This document shows positions 10,030 through 18,882 of a stretch of DNA of 64,000 bases, in pieces. The notes below the pieces were generated by a model that searched no databases, was not told where the DNA came from, and worked only from the letters and a program-made list of their open reading frames with translations. A program made the position numbers and the translations under genes. Source of the DNA: an uncultured Actinomycetes bacterium (GTDB lineage Bacteria; Actinomycetota; Acidimicrobiia; IMCC26256; PALSA-610); contig CAWAJR010000002.1 of NCBI GenBank assembly GCA_963782465.1, positions 383,691-447,690 of the forward strand. The letters are read 5' to 3'. Within the stretch, counting starts at the first letter, position 1. Each line of letters starts with the position of its first letter.

Positions 10030-11247
10030 ATGCACCAATGCCGTTCGTGCGGCCACGCACCGCTCGAACCCGTCTTGTCGTTGGGCGAGACACCGCTCGC
10101 GAACTCGCTGCTCGACGCCGCGGCGCTCGACGGGCCCGAGCACCGGTACCCGCTCGACGTGGTGTTCTGCCCCGCCTGCGCACTCGTCCAGATCACCGTT
10201 TCGGTGCCGCCCGAAGCGATGTTCACGGAGTACGCCTACTTCTCGTCGTTCGCCGATACCGTCACCGAGAACGCGCGCCGGCTCGTCGAACGCCTGGTGC
10301 GCGAACGGTCGCTGACCGAGCGCAACCTCGCAATGGAGATCGCCAGCAACGACGGCTACCTCCTGAAGAACTATCTCGCGGCCGGTGTACCGGTACTCGG
10401 CATCGATCCCGCTCGCAACGTCGCGCAGGTCGCGATCGACAACGGCGTACCGACCCGGTGCGACTTCTTCGGCCGCGACCTCGCCGCGCAACTCGTCGCC
10501 GAAGGCCTCCACGCCGACGTGCTCCACGCCAACAACGTGATGGCCCACGTCCCCGACGTGAACGGGGTGGTCGCCGGCATCGCAACCGTGCTCGCGCCCG
10601 GCGGCATCGCCGTCGTCGAAACGCCGTACGTCCGCGAGATGGTCGATCGTCTCGAGTTCGACACGATCTACCACGAACATCTCTTCTACTACTCGCTGTC
10701 GTCGTTCGACGCGCTGCTCCGCCGCAACGGTCTCGTCGCGATCGACGTCGAACAGATACCGATCCACGGGGGCACGCTGCGCATCGTCGCCGCGCACGAG
10801 GGGACGCCGGCCGGCGACGCGGCACGGGCGCTGCTGGCCGAGGAAGCGCACCTCGGGATGGGCGCGATCGACTACTACCGCGACTTCGCGAGCCGGGTCG
10901 ACGGGTTGTGCGACCGTTTGCGCGAGCTGTTGCTCGGTCTGCGAAGCAGCGGGCGGCGTATCGCCGCGTACGGGGCGGCGGCGAAGGGCGCAACCCTGCT
11001 CAACCGGATCGGGGTCGGCGCGGAGACGATCGAGTTCGTCGCCGACCGCAACGTGCACAAGCAGGGTCGCTACATGCCGGGTGTGCACATCCCGATCGTC
11101 GACCCCGAACGCCTACTCACCGACCCTCCCGACTTCGTGCTGCTGCTCGCATGGAACTTCGCCGACGAGGTGATGGCCCAGCAGTCGGCATACCACGAGC
11201 AGGGCGGCCGGTTCATCGTGCCGGTACCCGAACCGGTCATCCGTTAA
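10030..11247 (+). CDS. SAM-dependent C-methyltransferase family protein (NDP-hexose C-methyltransferase-like, N-terminal Cys4 zinc motif)
   Basis: Contains CRSCG..CPAC, then the methyltransferase core (..MEIASNDGYLLK..) and the C-methyltransferase C-terminal domain (..AYGAAAKGATLLN..). GGAGGG lies just upstream of ATG 10030. An alternative start is ATG 9997. Confidence 0.8.
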   Translation: MHQCRSCGHAPLEPVLSLGETPLANSLLDAAALDGPEHRYPLDVVFCPACALVQITVSVPPEAMFTEYAYFSSFADTVTENARRLVERLVRERSLTERNLAMEIASNDGYLLKNYLAAGVPVLGIDPARNVAQVAIDNGVPTRCDFFGRDLAAQLVAEGLHADVLHANNVMAHVPDVNGVVAGIATVLAPGGIAVVETPYVREMVDRLEFDTIYHEHLFYYSLSSFDALLRRNGLVAIDVEQIPIHGGTLRIVAAHEGTPAGDAARALLAEEAHLGMGAIDYYRDFASRVDGLCDRLRELLLGLRSSGRRIAAYGAAAKGATLLNRIGVGAETIEFVADRNVHKQGRYMPGVHIPIVDPERLLTDPPDFVLLLAWNFADEVMAQQSAYHEQGGRFIVPVPEPVIR

Positions 11248-11918
11248 CCGCGACGAGGTGCGCAGCGCGTCGCGGCGGGTAGCGCGAGGACGCGTTCGGC
11301 GAGGGCGAGTTCGGCGGGCGTGGTCACGTGCACGTTCGTGGTCTCGCCGGGCACCGCGCCGACATGGGCACCGAGCGAGAGCAGCAGGCTCGCGTCGTCT
11401 CTCGATTCGGGCGCGTCGCGATGCGCGGCGCGCAGGACACCGGCCTTGAAGGCGTGGGGCATCTGCGCGAAGGCGAGCGGAGCCGAGTTGTCGACCGTCG
11501 CCAACGAGTCGCGCTGCACGGCGACGATCGTTTCGGTGGCCGGGAGCACCGGTACCGCGGCATCGGCGCCGTGACGGACCGCGTCGATCACCGCGCGGAA
11601 CAGCGCCACCGAGGCGAGCGGGTGCGCCGCGTCGTGCACGACGACGATCTCGACCCAGCCGGGTACCGCCGCGAGGCCGCTGCGCACGGAAGCGGCCCGA
11701 GCCTCGCCGCCTTCCACGACCCCCGCGACCGGGACACCGTCCCACTTGGCGCCGGCCGGCAGCACGAGCACGACATCGTCGCAGGCGGCCAGCGCCGTCG
11801 CGACCGACCGGTCGACACAGCGTTCGCCGGCCAGCTCGGCCCACTGCTTGCCACCGCCGAAACGCGCACCGCTCCCGGCCGCCAGCACGATCGCCCAGAT
11901 GTCCACGCCGACCATCAT
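11244..11918 (-). CDS. IspD/TarI-family cytidylyltransferase
   Basis: Contains AIVLAAGSGARFGG.K and ..VVVHDAAHPL... 224 aa. Whether the substrate is MEP, ribitol-5-P or another sugar phosphate cannot be told from the sequence. Confidence 0.8.
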   Translation of the reverse strand: MMVGVDIWAIVLAAGSGARFGGGKQWAELAGERCVDRSVATALAACDDVVLVLPAGAKWDGVPVAGVVEGGEARAASVRSGLAAVPGWVEIVVVHDAAHPLASVALFRAVIDAVRHGADAAVPVLPATETIVAVQRDSLATVDNSAPLAFAQMPHAFKAGVLRAAHRDAPESRDDASLLLSLGAHVGAVPGETTNVHVTTPAELALAERVLALPAATRCAPRRG

Positions 11919-11962
11919 CTCTCGCGCGGGCGCCGCGAACGCGTTTCGTACACTTCCGCGCC

Positions 11963-13242
11963 GTGACGACCTGGACGCGCGTGGCGCGGCGCGCCGCCGA
12001 AGACCGGCCGATCACCGTCGGGGTGTTCGGCGCGGGCTACGTCGGGCGGGGCCTGGTGCACCTGCTGCAGCGCCTCCCGGGCTTCCATCCCGCGTTCGTC
12101 GTGAACCGCACGGTCGCAAGAGGTGTCGATGCGTTCGTCGCGGCAGGAGTGCCGGCCGGCGACGTCGTGGTCACGAACGACGAACGACCGTTTGCCGAAG
12201 CGCTCGCCCGCCGGGCCGCGGTGGTCACCCGCGACGCCGACCTCGCGATCGGCGCCGGCGAGGTCGACGTGCTGGTGGAGGCGACCGGGACCCTCGACTA
12301 CGGCGCGACGGTGATGCTCGCGGCGCTGCGCAACGGCCGAGCTGTCGTCTCGATCAACGCGGAGGTCGACGCGACGATCGGTTGGCTGCTGCACTCGACC
12401 GCCGCCGCGACCGGGGGCATCTACACGATCTGTGACGGCGACCAGCCCGGCGTGCAGATGCGCACCCTCGATCGAGTACGGCACATGGCCTTCGACGTGC
12501 TCGCATCGGTGAACTGCAAACGCCATCTCGACGTCCACCAGTCGATCGAGCAAAGCGCGCCGTACGCCGCACGCGACAACACGAGCATCGCAGTGACGGT
12601 TTCGGCGGGCGACGGAACGAAGATGAACATCGAGCAGGCCGTCGTCGCGAACCTGGCCGCGCTGCCGCCCGAGTGCCGGGGGATGCACGGCGTGCCCACG
12701 ACGCTCGAACGCGCCCTGCCCGACGTGCTGGCCGCGCTCTCGGCCGAGGGCGTCGTCGACTACACGCTGGGCGGCGACTTCGGCGCCGGCGTGTTCGTGA
12801 TCGGTCGCGCACCGGCAGGCGACGCGGACGCGGTGCGCACGCCGTTGCGCTTCTTCAAGCTGGGCGACGGGCCGAGTACCTCGTGTTCAGCCCGTACACG
12901 CTCGTACATTTCGAGATGCCGCGTTCGATCGCCGAAGTCGTGCTCGACCGGTCGCCGCTGTGGAGCCCGGTCGCACCACCAGTGGCCGACGTCGTCGCGA
13001 TCGCCAAGCACGATCTCGCCGCCGGCGACGCCCTCGACGGCATCGGCGGCGACACGTGCTACGGGCAGATCGACACCGTCGCCGGCGCGCGTGAGTTCCT
13101 CCCGGTCGCGTTCGCCGAGCACGCGCGAGTCACGAGACCCGTTGCGCGCGACGAACCGGTCCCGCTCGACGCGGTGGACGTCGACGGCGACGCGCCGATC
13201 GTCGCGCTGCGGCGACGCCAGGAAGCGATGCTCGAACCGTGA
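11963..13242 (+). pseudogene. NAD(P)-binding oxidoreductase with C-terminal SAF domain (COG4091-like), frame broken near 12869-12876
   Basis: The N-part VGVFGAGYVGRG..CDGDQPG..LRFFKLGDGP is in ORF 11963... The C-part EYLVFSPYTLVHFEMP..VVAIAKHDLAAGDALDGIGG (SAF) is in ORF 12673..13242. The span is 1280 nt, which is 3n+2. Confidence 0.7.
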
Positions 13243-13769
13243 AGTTCACCCAGACCGCGATCTCGGGAGTGTGGCTGGTCGATCTCGAACCGCTCGTCGA
13301 CGAGCGCGGCTTCTTCGCGCGCACCTTCTGCGCCGACGAGTTCTCCGCCCGCGGTCTCGACCCCACCGTCGCCCAGTGCAACGTCTCGGTCACGGCGACG
13401 GCCGGTACGGTGCGCGGCTTGCACTACCAGGTCGCGCCGGCCGAGGAGACGAAACTCGTGCGGGTCGTGCGGGGCGCGATCCACGATGTCGCGGTCGACC
13501 TGCGCGCGGGCTCACCGACCTACTGCGGCCATGTCGCGGTGGAGTTGAGCGCCGCCAACCGCCGCGCGCTCTACGTACCCACCGGGTTCGCCCACGGCTT
13601 CCAGACGCTCGTCGACGACACCGAGGTCGAGTACCAGATGGGCGCGCCCTACACGCCCGGAACCGACCGAGGGGTGCGCTACGACGACCCGGCGTTCGGG
13701 ATCGTCTGGCCCCTCCCCGTCTCGACCATCTCCGACCGCGACCGCACCTGGCCCGACGTGCGTCGATAG
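13239..13769 (+). CDS. dTDP-4-dehydrorhamnose 3,5-epimerase-like cupin (RmlC family)
   Basis: Contains ..DERGFF.R.F..GLHYQ..KLVRVVRGAI.DVAVDLR..VP.GFAHGF... Its GTG overlaps the upstream stop (GTGA). Confidence 0.85.
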   Translation: MKFTQTAISGVWLVDLEPLVDERGFFARTFCADEFSARGLDPTVAQCNVSVTATAGTVRGLHYQVAPAEETKLVRVVRGAIHDVAVDLRAGSPTYCGHVAVELSAANRRALYVPTGFAHGFQTLVDDTEVEYQMGAPYTPGTDRGVRYDDPAFGIVWPLPVSTISDRDRTWPDVRR

Positions 13770-13803
13770 CTATCGCTATGCGATAGCTATCGACGCACGT
13801 CGG
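13753..13803. terminator. Perfect 23-bp-arm inverted repeat (5-nt loop) between convergent genes; candidate bidirectional terminator
   Basis: The arm ccgacgtgcgtcgatagctatcg, loop ctatg, and the exact reverse-complement arm. The left arm covers the RmlC-like stop (13767-13769). The right arm ends 4 nt before the TauE stop. There is no U-tract. Confidence 0.5.
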
Positions 13804-13807
13804 CCGG

Positions 13808-14653
13808 TCAGAGGGCGAGGATCTCGCTGATGGCGTAGACGATCGAGATGACCCCGAGCACGATGCCGACGGCGATACGCAACCGGCGTTCGCTGGCGGT
13901 GATCGCGAGGTGCGCGCCCAACCGAGCACCGGGGATCACGCCGATCGAGAGCGGGATCGCGAACCGCCACGCGATGTCACCGAGGAACGCGTGGGTGACG
14001 GTCCCGGGAATCGCCAGGATGCCGACGACGGCGAGCGACGTTGCGATCGCCCGTTTCAACGGCAGCCGCACCCAGCCCGAAAAGGCCGGCACCATCAAGA
14101 TGCCGCCGCCGACCCCGAGCAGCCCGGACAGGCCGCCGGCCGCGAAGCCGATCAGCCCGAAGCGCCACCAGTCGAGGCGGGGCTGCGCAACCTCGGCCTC
14201 GCCGACCGGGACCGCGGCCGCGCCCACCGACGCCGGTGCGGGCGCCGGCGCGACACGCGGGAACGCGGTGCGGTACGCGGTGAACGCGACCAGGGCCGCG
14301 GTCGCGATCATCAGCAGGTGGCCACCACCGGGAACCACTTTGGCCAGCAGTGAACCGCCGACCGAAGACGCGATGCCGAACGAGCCGGTCCAGCGAACGA
14401 TGTCCCACTCCACGAGACCTTCGCGGTGGTAACGCAGGGTGCCCGTGACCGACGACGGGAAGATCGAAGGGAGCGTCGATCCCACGCTCTGGAGGGGCGT
14501 GGCTCCGAGCGAGCGGATCCCGGGCGTCGACACGACTGCACCGCCGATGCCGAACATCCCCGACAGGACGCCGGTGGCAACACCGACGAGGAGGCAGCCG
14601 GCCACCTGCACCGGTTCCGACACGGTCGCGAGCACCATGACCGGTCCGGTCAC
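13808..14653 (-). CDS. TauE/SafE-family anion (sulfite/sulfonate-type) permease
   Basis: Polytopic membrane protein with two copies of the family's G-rich motif (..LSGMFGIGGAVV.. and ..LSGLLGVGGGILMVP..). GTG 14653 overlaps the upstream stop (GTGA). An alternative start is ATG 14638. Confidence 0.8.
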   Translation of the reverse strand: MTGPVMVLATVSEPVQVAGCLLVGVATGVLSGMFGIGGAVVSTPGIRSLGATPLQSVGSTLPSIFPSSVTGTLRYHREGLVEWDIVRWTGSFGIASSVGGSLLAKVVPGGGHLLMIATAALVAFTAYRTAFPRVAPAPAPASVGAAAVPVGEAEVAQPRLDWWRFGLIGFAAGGLSGLLGVGGGILMVPAFSGWVRLPLKRAIATSLAVVGILAIPGTVTHAFLGDIAWRFAIPLSIGVIPGARLGAHLAITASERRLRIAVGIVLGVISIVYAISEILAL

Positions 14654-15680
14654 GTCGGCGCTCCCGTCCAGAAGAAGTGATCGTCGATCTGGCCGGTGCG
14701 CAGCAGGTGCTGCAGCTGCGCGAGCCGCGTGTACGCGCGGTATTCGAAGGTGGTCGCCGGCATGTCGATACTGCGGAAGACGTCGTGGAGTTGCCGGGCC
14801 CCGCGCCCGCGTCCCACTCGCACGTGTAGCCGGGCAGCACGTCACGGATCTTTTCGAACGCGACGCGGTAGCTGCGGTTGTCGGCGCTGGGTTCGCCGAA
14901 CGACACCTTGCAGTCGGTGAAGACAGACCCGACGATTTCCGCGACTTCGCGGACGCGGTAGTTCTGCTCGGTCGCGCCGACGTTCAGGATCTCGCCGTGC
15001 ACACGCTCGCGCGGCGCCTCGAGCACCATCGCGATGGCTCGACCGATGTCGAGGGCGTGCACGAGCGGCCGCCACGGTGTGCCGTCGCTCGTCATGGCGA
15101 TCTGCCCTGTCGTCCACGCCAGACCGGCGAGGTTGTTCAGCACGATGTCGAATCGCATGCGCGGCGATGCCCCGAACGCGGTCGCGTTGCGCAGGAATGT
15201 CGGGGAGAAGTCGTCGGAAGCGAGCGCCCCGACGTCGCGCTCGACCATTGCCTTGCATTCCGCGTACGCGGTTTGCGGGTCGACGGGCGCTTCCTCGTCG
15301 ACGGTTCCGCCCGCCACTCCGTACACACTGCACGACGACGTGTAGACGAAGCGCGTGATCCCCCGCTGCTTCGCGAGCTGCGCGAGCCGGACCGAACCCT
15401 GATGGTTGATCTCGTAGGTGATGGTCGGCGAGAGTTGCCCGACGGGGTCGTTCGAGAGTTCGGCCATGTGGACGATCGCGTCGACACCGTCGAGATCGGC
15501 CGCGTCGAGCAAGCGAATGTCTTTGTCGAGGGTGTACGCGCTGCGGTCGGTGCCGCGGTACAGCCAACCTTCCTTGTAGAACCCGGTGTCGACACCGACG
15601 ACGTCGTGGCCGCGCGCGAGGAGCAGCGGCGCGAGGAGTGAACCGAGATAGCCCTCAGTGCCGGTGACGAGGACGCGCAC
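14650..15680 (-). pseudogene. NAD-dependent epimerase/dehydratase (SDR), frame broken near 14797-14802
   Basis: VLVTGTEGYLGS..SSCSVYG..YAECK.. is read in ORF 13977..15680. The family-typical C-terminus (QLHDVFRSIDMPATTFEYRAYTRLAQLQHLLRTGQIDDHFFW) is read only in a third frame that ends at TGA 14650-14652. The junction is a CCCC/GGGG run. The span is 1031 nt, which is 3n+2. Confidence 0.8.
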
Positions 15681-15686
15681 CGCCGG

Positions 15687-16457
15687 TCAGCCGAGCCACA
15701 CGGCACGTCGTGCCGGGCCGTACTGCAGCAGCGTGCTCACGGTGACGCTGACAAGCGTCCGTTCGTCGAGCAGGTCGCACATGCGGTCGGCGAGTTCGGC
15801 GCGGTCGAACGACGCCGGTTCCGGTTCGTCGAGCCGCACGACCCGCGGGTCGGCGGCGGCGAGCCCGTCGTGGAACAACACGATCGAGCCGGGGCCGATC
15901 TTGGCCGCGGCCCGGTCGACGTATTCGTCGACGGTGCCGGCGTAACAGTCGCGGGTATTCGTGTCCCACACGACGATGTCGAGCCCGAGAGCCCGGGCGA
16001 GCGCGAACGAGCGCCGGTTCTGCTCGCCGTAGGGCGGCCGGAAATGGTGCACGGGCGCCCCGAGGACCGCTTCGAGCCGGCGCTTCCCGCCGCGCACGAC
16101 GGCGACGGCTTCGCGCAGGTTGCAGGCCCGCAGGTTCCGGTGCTCGCCGCCGTGGAGGGCGACTTCGTGGCCGGCCCGGTGGAGCGCCTGCACGATGTCG
16201 GGGTGGCGTTCCGCCTCGGACGCCAGGACGAAGAACGTGCCTCGCGCGCCCCGCGCCTCGAGCGCGGCGGCGATGGCCGGGGTTCGTTGCGGGTGCGGGC
16301 CGTCGTCGTAGGTGAAGGCCACGACGGGAGAGGCGGTGGTGACCGCGACGATCGACCCGACGAAGCGCCGGTCGCCGGCCGACCGGGCGCGGTGCATCGT
16401 GTTGCGCACGGCGGGCGGCGTGACGTCGCGCAGGCGGGTCCGCACGGTGCCTTGCAT
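15687..16457 (-). CDS. Polysaccharide deacetylase (NodB domain)
   Basis: Contains ..VAFTYDDGPH..GHEVALHGGEH..FRPPYG... This is the 256-aa C-terminal part of listed ORF 15687..17807. The upstream part of that ORF runs through the tandem repeat and is not credible coding. Confidence 0.8.
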   Translation of the reverse strand: MQGTVRTRLRDVTPPAVRNTMHRARSAGDRRFVGSIVAVTTASPVVAFTYDDGPHPQRTPAIAAALEARGARGTFFVLASEAERHPDIVQALHRAGHEVALHGGEHRNLRACNLREAVAVVRGGKRRLEAVLGAPVHHFRPPYGEQNRRSFALARALGLDIVVWDTNTRDCYAGTVDEYVDRAAAKIGPGSIVLFHDGLAAADPRVVRLDEPEPASFDRAELADRMCDLLDERTLVSVTVSTLLQYGPARRAVWLG

Positions 16458-16570
16458 CCGGCCGAGGATACTGACGTTCGGTCGCGCTCTGCGCACGGTG
16501 AGGTCCCCACCGCACCCCGTGGTGTACCGTCCGCGCCACCCGGACGGTGCGGAACACTCGATCAACGACG

Positions 16571-16986
16571 AGCCACAAGCGCCGTGGAGTGGTGCCCGAG
16601 CGGGGCCCGAGCGGCCCCGACCGTAGGGAGGAGAGCGGGAACACAAGCGAGGGCTCGCGAACCACACTGCCCGTGGAGCTGTGCCCGAGCGGGGCCCGAG
16701 CGGCCCCGACCGTAGGGAGGAGAGCGGGAACACAAGCGAGGGCTCGCGAACCACACTGCCCGTGGAGCGGTGCCCGAGCGAGCGGCCCCGACCGTAGGGA
16801 GGAGAACGGGAACACAAGCGAGGGCTCGCGAACCACACTGCCCGTGGAGCTGTGCCCGAGCGGGGCCGAGCGGCCCCGACCGTAGGGAGGAGAACGGGAA
16901 CACAAGCGAGGGCTCGCGAACCACACTGCCCGTGGAGCTGTGCCCGAGCGGGGCCCGAGCGGCCCCGACCGTAGGGAGGAGAGCGG
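16571..16986. repeat. Tandem repeat: about 4.6 copies of an 89-bp unit in a divergent intergenic region
   Basis: Unit starts at 16592, 16681, 16770, 16852 and 16940, giving periods of 89, 89, 82 and 88. The unit is gtgcccgagcggggcccgagcggccccgaccgtagggaggagagcgggaacacaagcgagggctcgcgaaccacactgcccgtggagct. Copy 3 lacks 7 nt and copy 4 lacks 1 nt. The last copy is truncated 5 nt before ATG 16992. Confidence 0.95.
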
Positions 16987-16991
16987 AAAAC

Positions 16992-17918
16992 ATGTCCGCG
17001 GTGTTCTTCGATAGTCGTGTGGATGACGACACCCGCCGGGAGCGGATCTACCGCGGCGACATTTTCGTGTTCTCGCCGCGCCCGTCGACCACGGCGTTCG
17101 TGGATTTTGCCCGCGAACTGATCGAGGCGGCGTTCGCGCCCCTCGATCCGGTGGAGGCCCAGCACGAGCTGCCGGTGGAACGGTTCGTCGAGATCGTGGC
17201 GCCGTTGCAGCCTCGCTTCATCCATCATCCGGAGTCGAAGCGGTTGATCCAGGCGATCCTCGACGATTTGGGTTGCGACCTCGGGCAGACGTATTTCGAT
17301 GTGCCGCGCCTGCGCGTCCAGGCCGACGGCGACTACCTGACGGCGGGGGTCGGGTACCGGTTGCACCCGCATCGTGACACTTGGTACGCGGCGCCGATGT
17401 CGCAGGTGAATTGGTGGTCGGCGGTCTACCCGTTCGAGTCGGAGAGCGCGATGGCGTTCTTCCCCCGCTATTTCGACCGGGGTGTGGCGAACGGTTCGCA
17501 CGACTTCGATCTGTACGACTGGAACGCCCGGGGCCGGCGTGATGCGGCGAAGCAGGTCGGGAAGGATGTGCGCGTACAGCCGCATGCGGAGGAAGACGTC
17601 GATCTCGACGCGCAGTTCCGCATCGTGTGCGAGCCGGGAAGCACGATCTTGTTCTCGGGCGCGCAGTTCCATGCGACGGTACCGAACACGTCGGGACGGA
17701 CGCGTTTCAGCGTCGATTTTCGAACGGTGCATCTCGCCGATGTGCTGGCGCAGAAGGGCGCGGTGAACGTCGATTCTCACGGCACGGGTACGACGTTGCG
17801 GGCGCACCTGCGCGCAACCGACCTCGAACCGTTACCCGAATCGGCGGCCCGCATCTACGACCCGAACCCGCCGGAAGACGCGATCCTCGTCTACAAGCCC
17901 GACGACGTCGCGAGCTGA
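16992..17918 (+). CDS. Hypothetical protein, probable Fe(II)/2-oxoglutarate-dependent oxygenase (PhyH-like cupin)
   Basis: ATG 16992 is preceded by GGGAGGAGAG, supplied by the last repeat copy. Candidate facial triad: LHPHRD .. FHATVPNTSGRTRFSVDFR. The function is inferred from motifs only. Confidence 0.6.
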   Translation: MSAVFFDSRVDDDTRRERIYRGDIFVFSPRPSTTAFVDFARELIEAAFAPLDPVEAQHELPVERFVEIVAPLQPRFIHHPESKRLIQAILDDLGCDLGQTYFDVPRLRVQADGDYLTAGVGYRLHPHRDTWYAAPMSQVNWWSAVYPFESESAMAFFPRYFDRGVANGSHDFDLYDWNARGRRDAAKQVGKDVRVQPHAEEDVDLDAQFRIVCEPGSTILFSGAQFHATVPNTSGRTRFSVDFRTVHLADVLAQKGAVNVDSHGTGTTLRAHLRATDLEPLPESAARIYDPNPPEDAILVYKPDDVAS

Positions 17919-17937
17919 TCGGCGAAGGCCCCGGCGT

Positions 17938-18882
17938 TCATTCGGCGCGCCTGGCGTCGTTCGCGACTTCGTACCCACAGGCGGCGAGCAGGTCGCCGGC
18001 CTGAGCCTCGAAGGCGGCCCGGTCTTCGGCCGTCATCTCGGTTCGCCACTTCGACACGACCTTCGGTGGTTCGCGGAGCCGTTGATGGATCTGCGGCTGG
18101 AAGTCGGGCGCGATCACCTCGTCGAACCGTTCGTAGTAACTGAGCATCGCCGGGTCGAACGGAAGATCGTAGAACGCGCAGATCGAGCGGAGCTCCGATT
18201 CGGGCGCGGCCGCCAGGTCTTCGTACCGCACTTCGAGATATCGCGCCGGGCCGAGCATGCGGCCGGCGGTTCGCCCGGCGTTCACGTGTTGCGACCAGTA
18301 CCGGGCGGCACCGGGGACGCGCTTTGGTCCCCATTCGTCGATGCCGGTCACCGAAAGTGCGACGTCGCGGCCGTCGCGCACGATGTGCACGAAACGCGCT
18401 TCGGGGAACAGGCGAGCGAGGAGCGGTAGTTGCAGCACGTAGTTCGGTGTCTTGTCGCCGTAGCGCGCTTTGCCGGCACGGTGGGCGTGCAGCGCGTATA
18501 CGGCCCGGATCGCATCGGCGAACGAGCTTGGCGCGGCCGCTTCGACGGCGCCACGCACTTCGGCTTCGGGGATGGCCCACTGCTGGAAGCGTGCGTGCGC
18601 GCAGAGATCGACCACGAAGGCGTCGGCGTCGAAGCGTCGCCACCAGCGGCGCCGGAACTTCGGCGCGAGCTCGACGATGAAGTACGACTCGCCGGGGATC
18701 GCGAGCTGCGGGTTGGAGTCGAGCATCGCTCGCAGCAACGTCGTGCCGGAGCGCGGGCAGCCGACGACGAACGCGAAGCAGTCGACGCGCGGCGAGTTCA
18801 GGGGCCGACCCGCCGGTCGGTGCCGCCGACCGATGGCGCGGTGCCCCGCTGCCACACGTCGCTCTCGTTGGCAATGTCCCAC
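17938..18882 (-). CDS. Sulfotransferase-family protein
   Basis: 5'-PSB-like motif VVGCPRSGTTLL and 3'-PB-like motif HIVRDGRDVALS. The start is uncertain (GTG 18882 or 18855), and both overlap the wzt 3' end. Confidence 0.8.
   Translation of the reverse strand: MGHCQRERRVAAGHRAIGRRHRPAGRPLNSPRVDCFAFVVGCPRSGTTLLRAMLDSNPQLAIPGESYFIVELAPKFRRRWWRRFDADAFVVDLCAHARFQQWAIPEAEVRGAVEAAAPSSFADAIRAVYALHAHRAGKARYGDKTPNYVLQLPLLARLFPEARFVHIVRDGRDVALSVTGIDEWGPKRVPGAARYWSQHVNAGRTAGRMLGPARYLEVRYEDLAAAPESELRSICAFYDLPFDPAMLSYYERFDEVIAPDFQPQIHQRLREPPKVVSKWRTEMTAEDRAAFEAQAGDLLAACGYEVANDARRAE

Noticed and set aside
16585-16680. tRNA-like start (GGAGCTGTGCCCGAGCGG resembles an acceptor/D-arm of tRNA-Ser/Leu) within each repeat unit
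   Set aside because: There is no complementary 3' acceptor strand, no T-loop (GTTCGAATC-type) and no anticodon arm. A cloverleaf cannot be drawn on either strand.
16571-16986. Possible CRISPR array
   Set aside because: The whole 89-bp unit repeats head to tail. There are no unique spacers between short repeats, and no cas genes are in the window.
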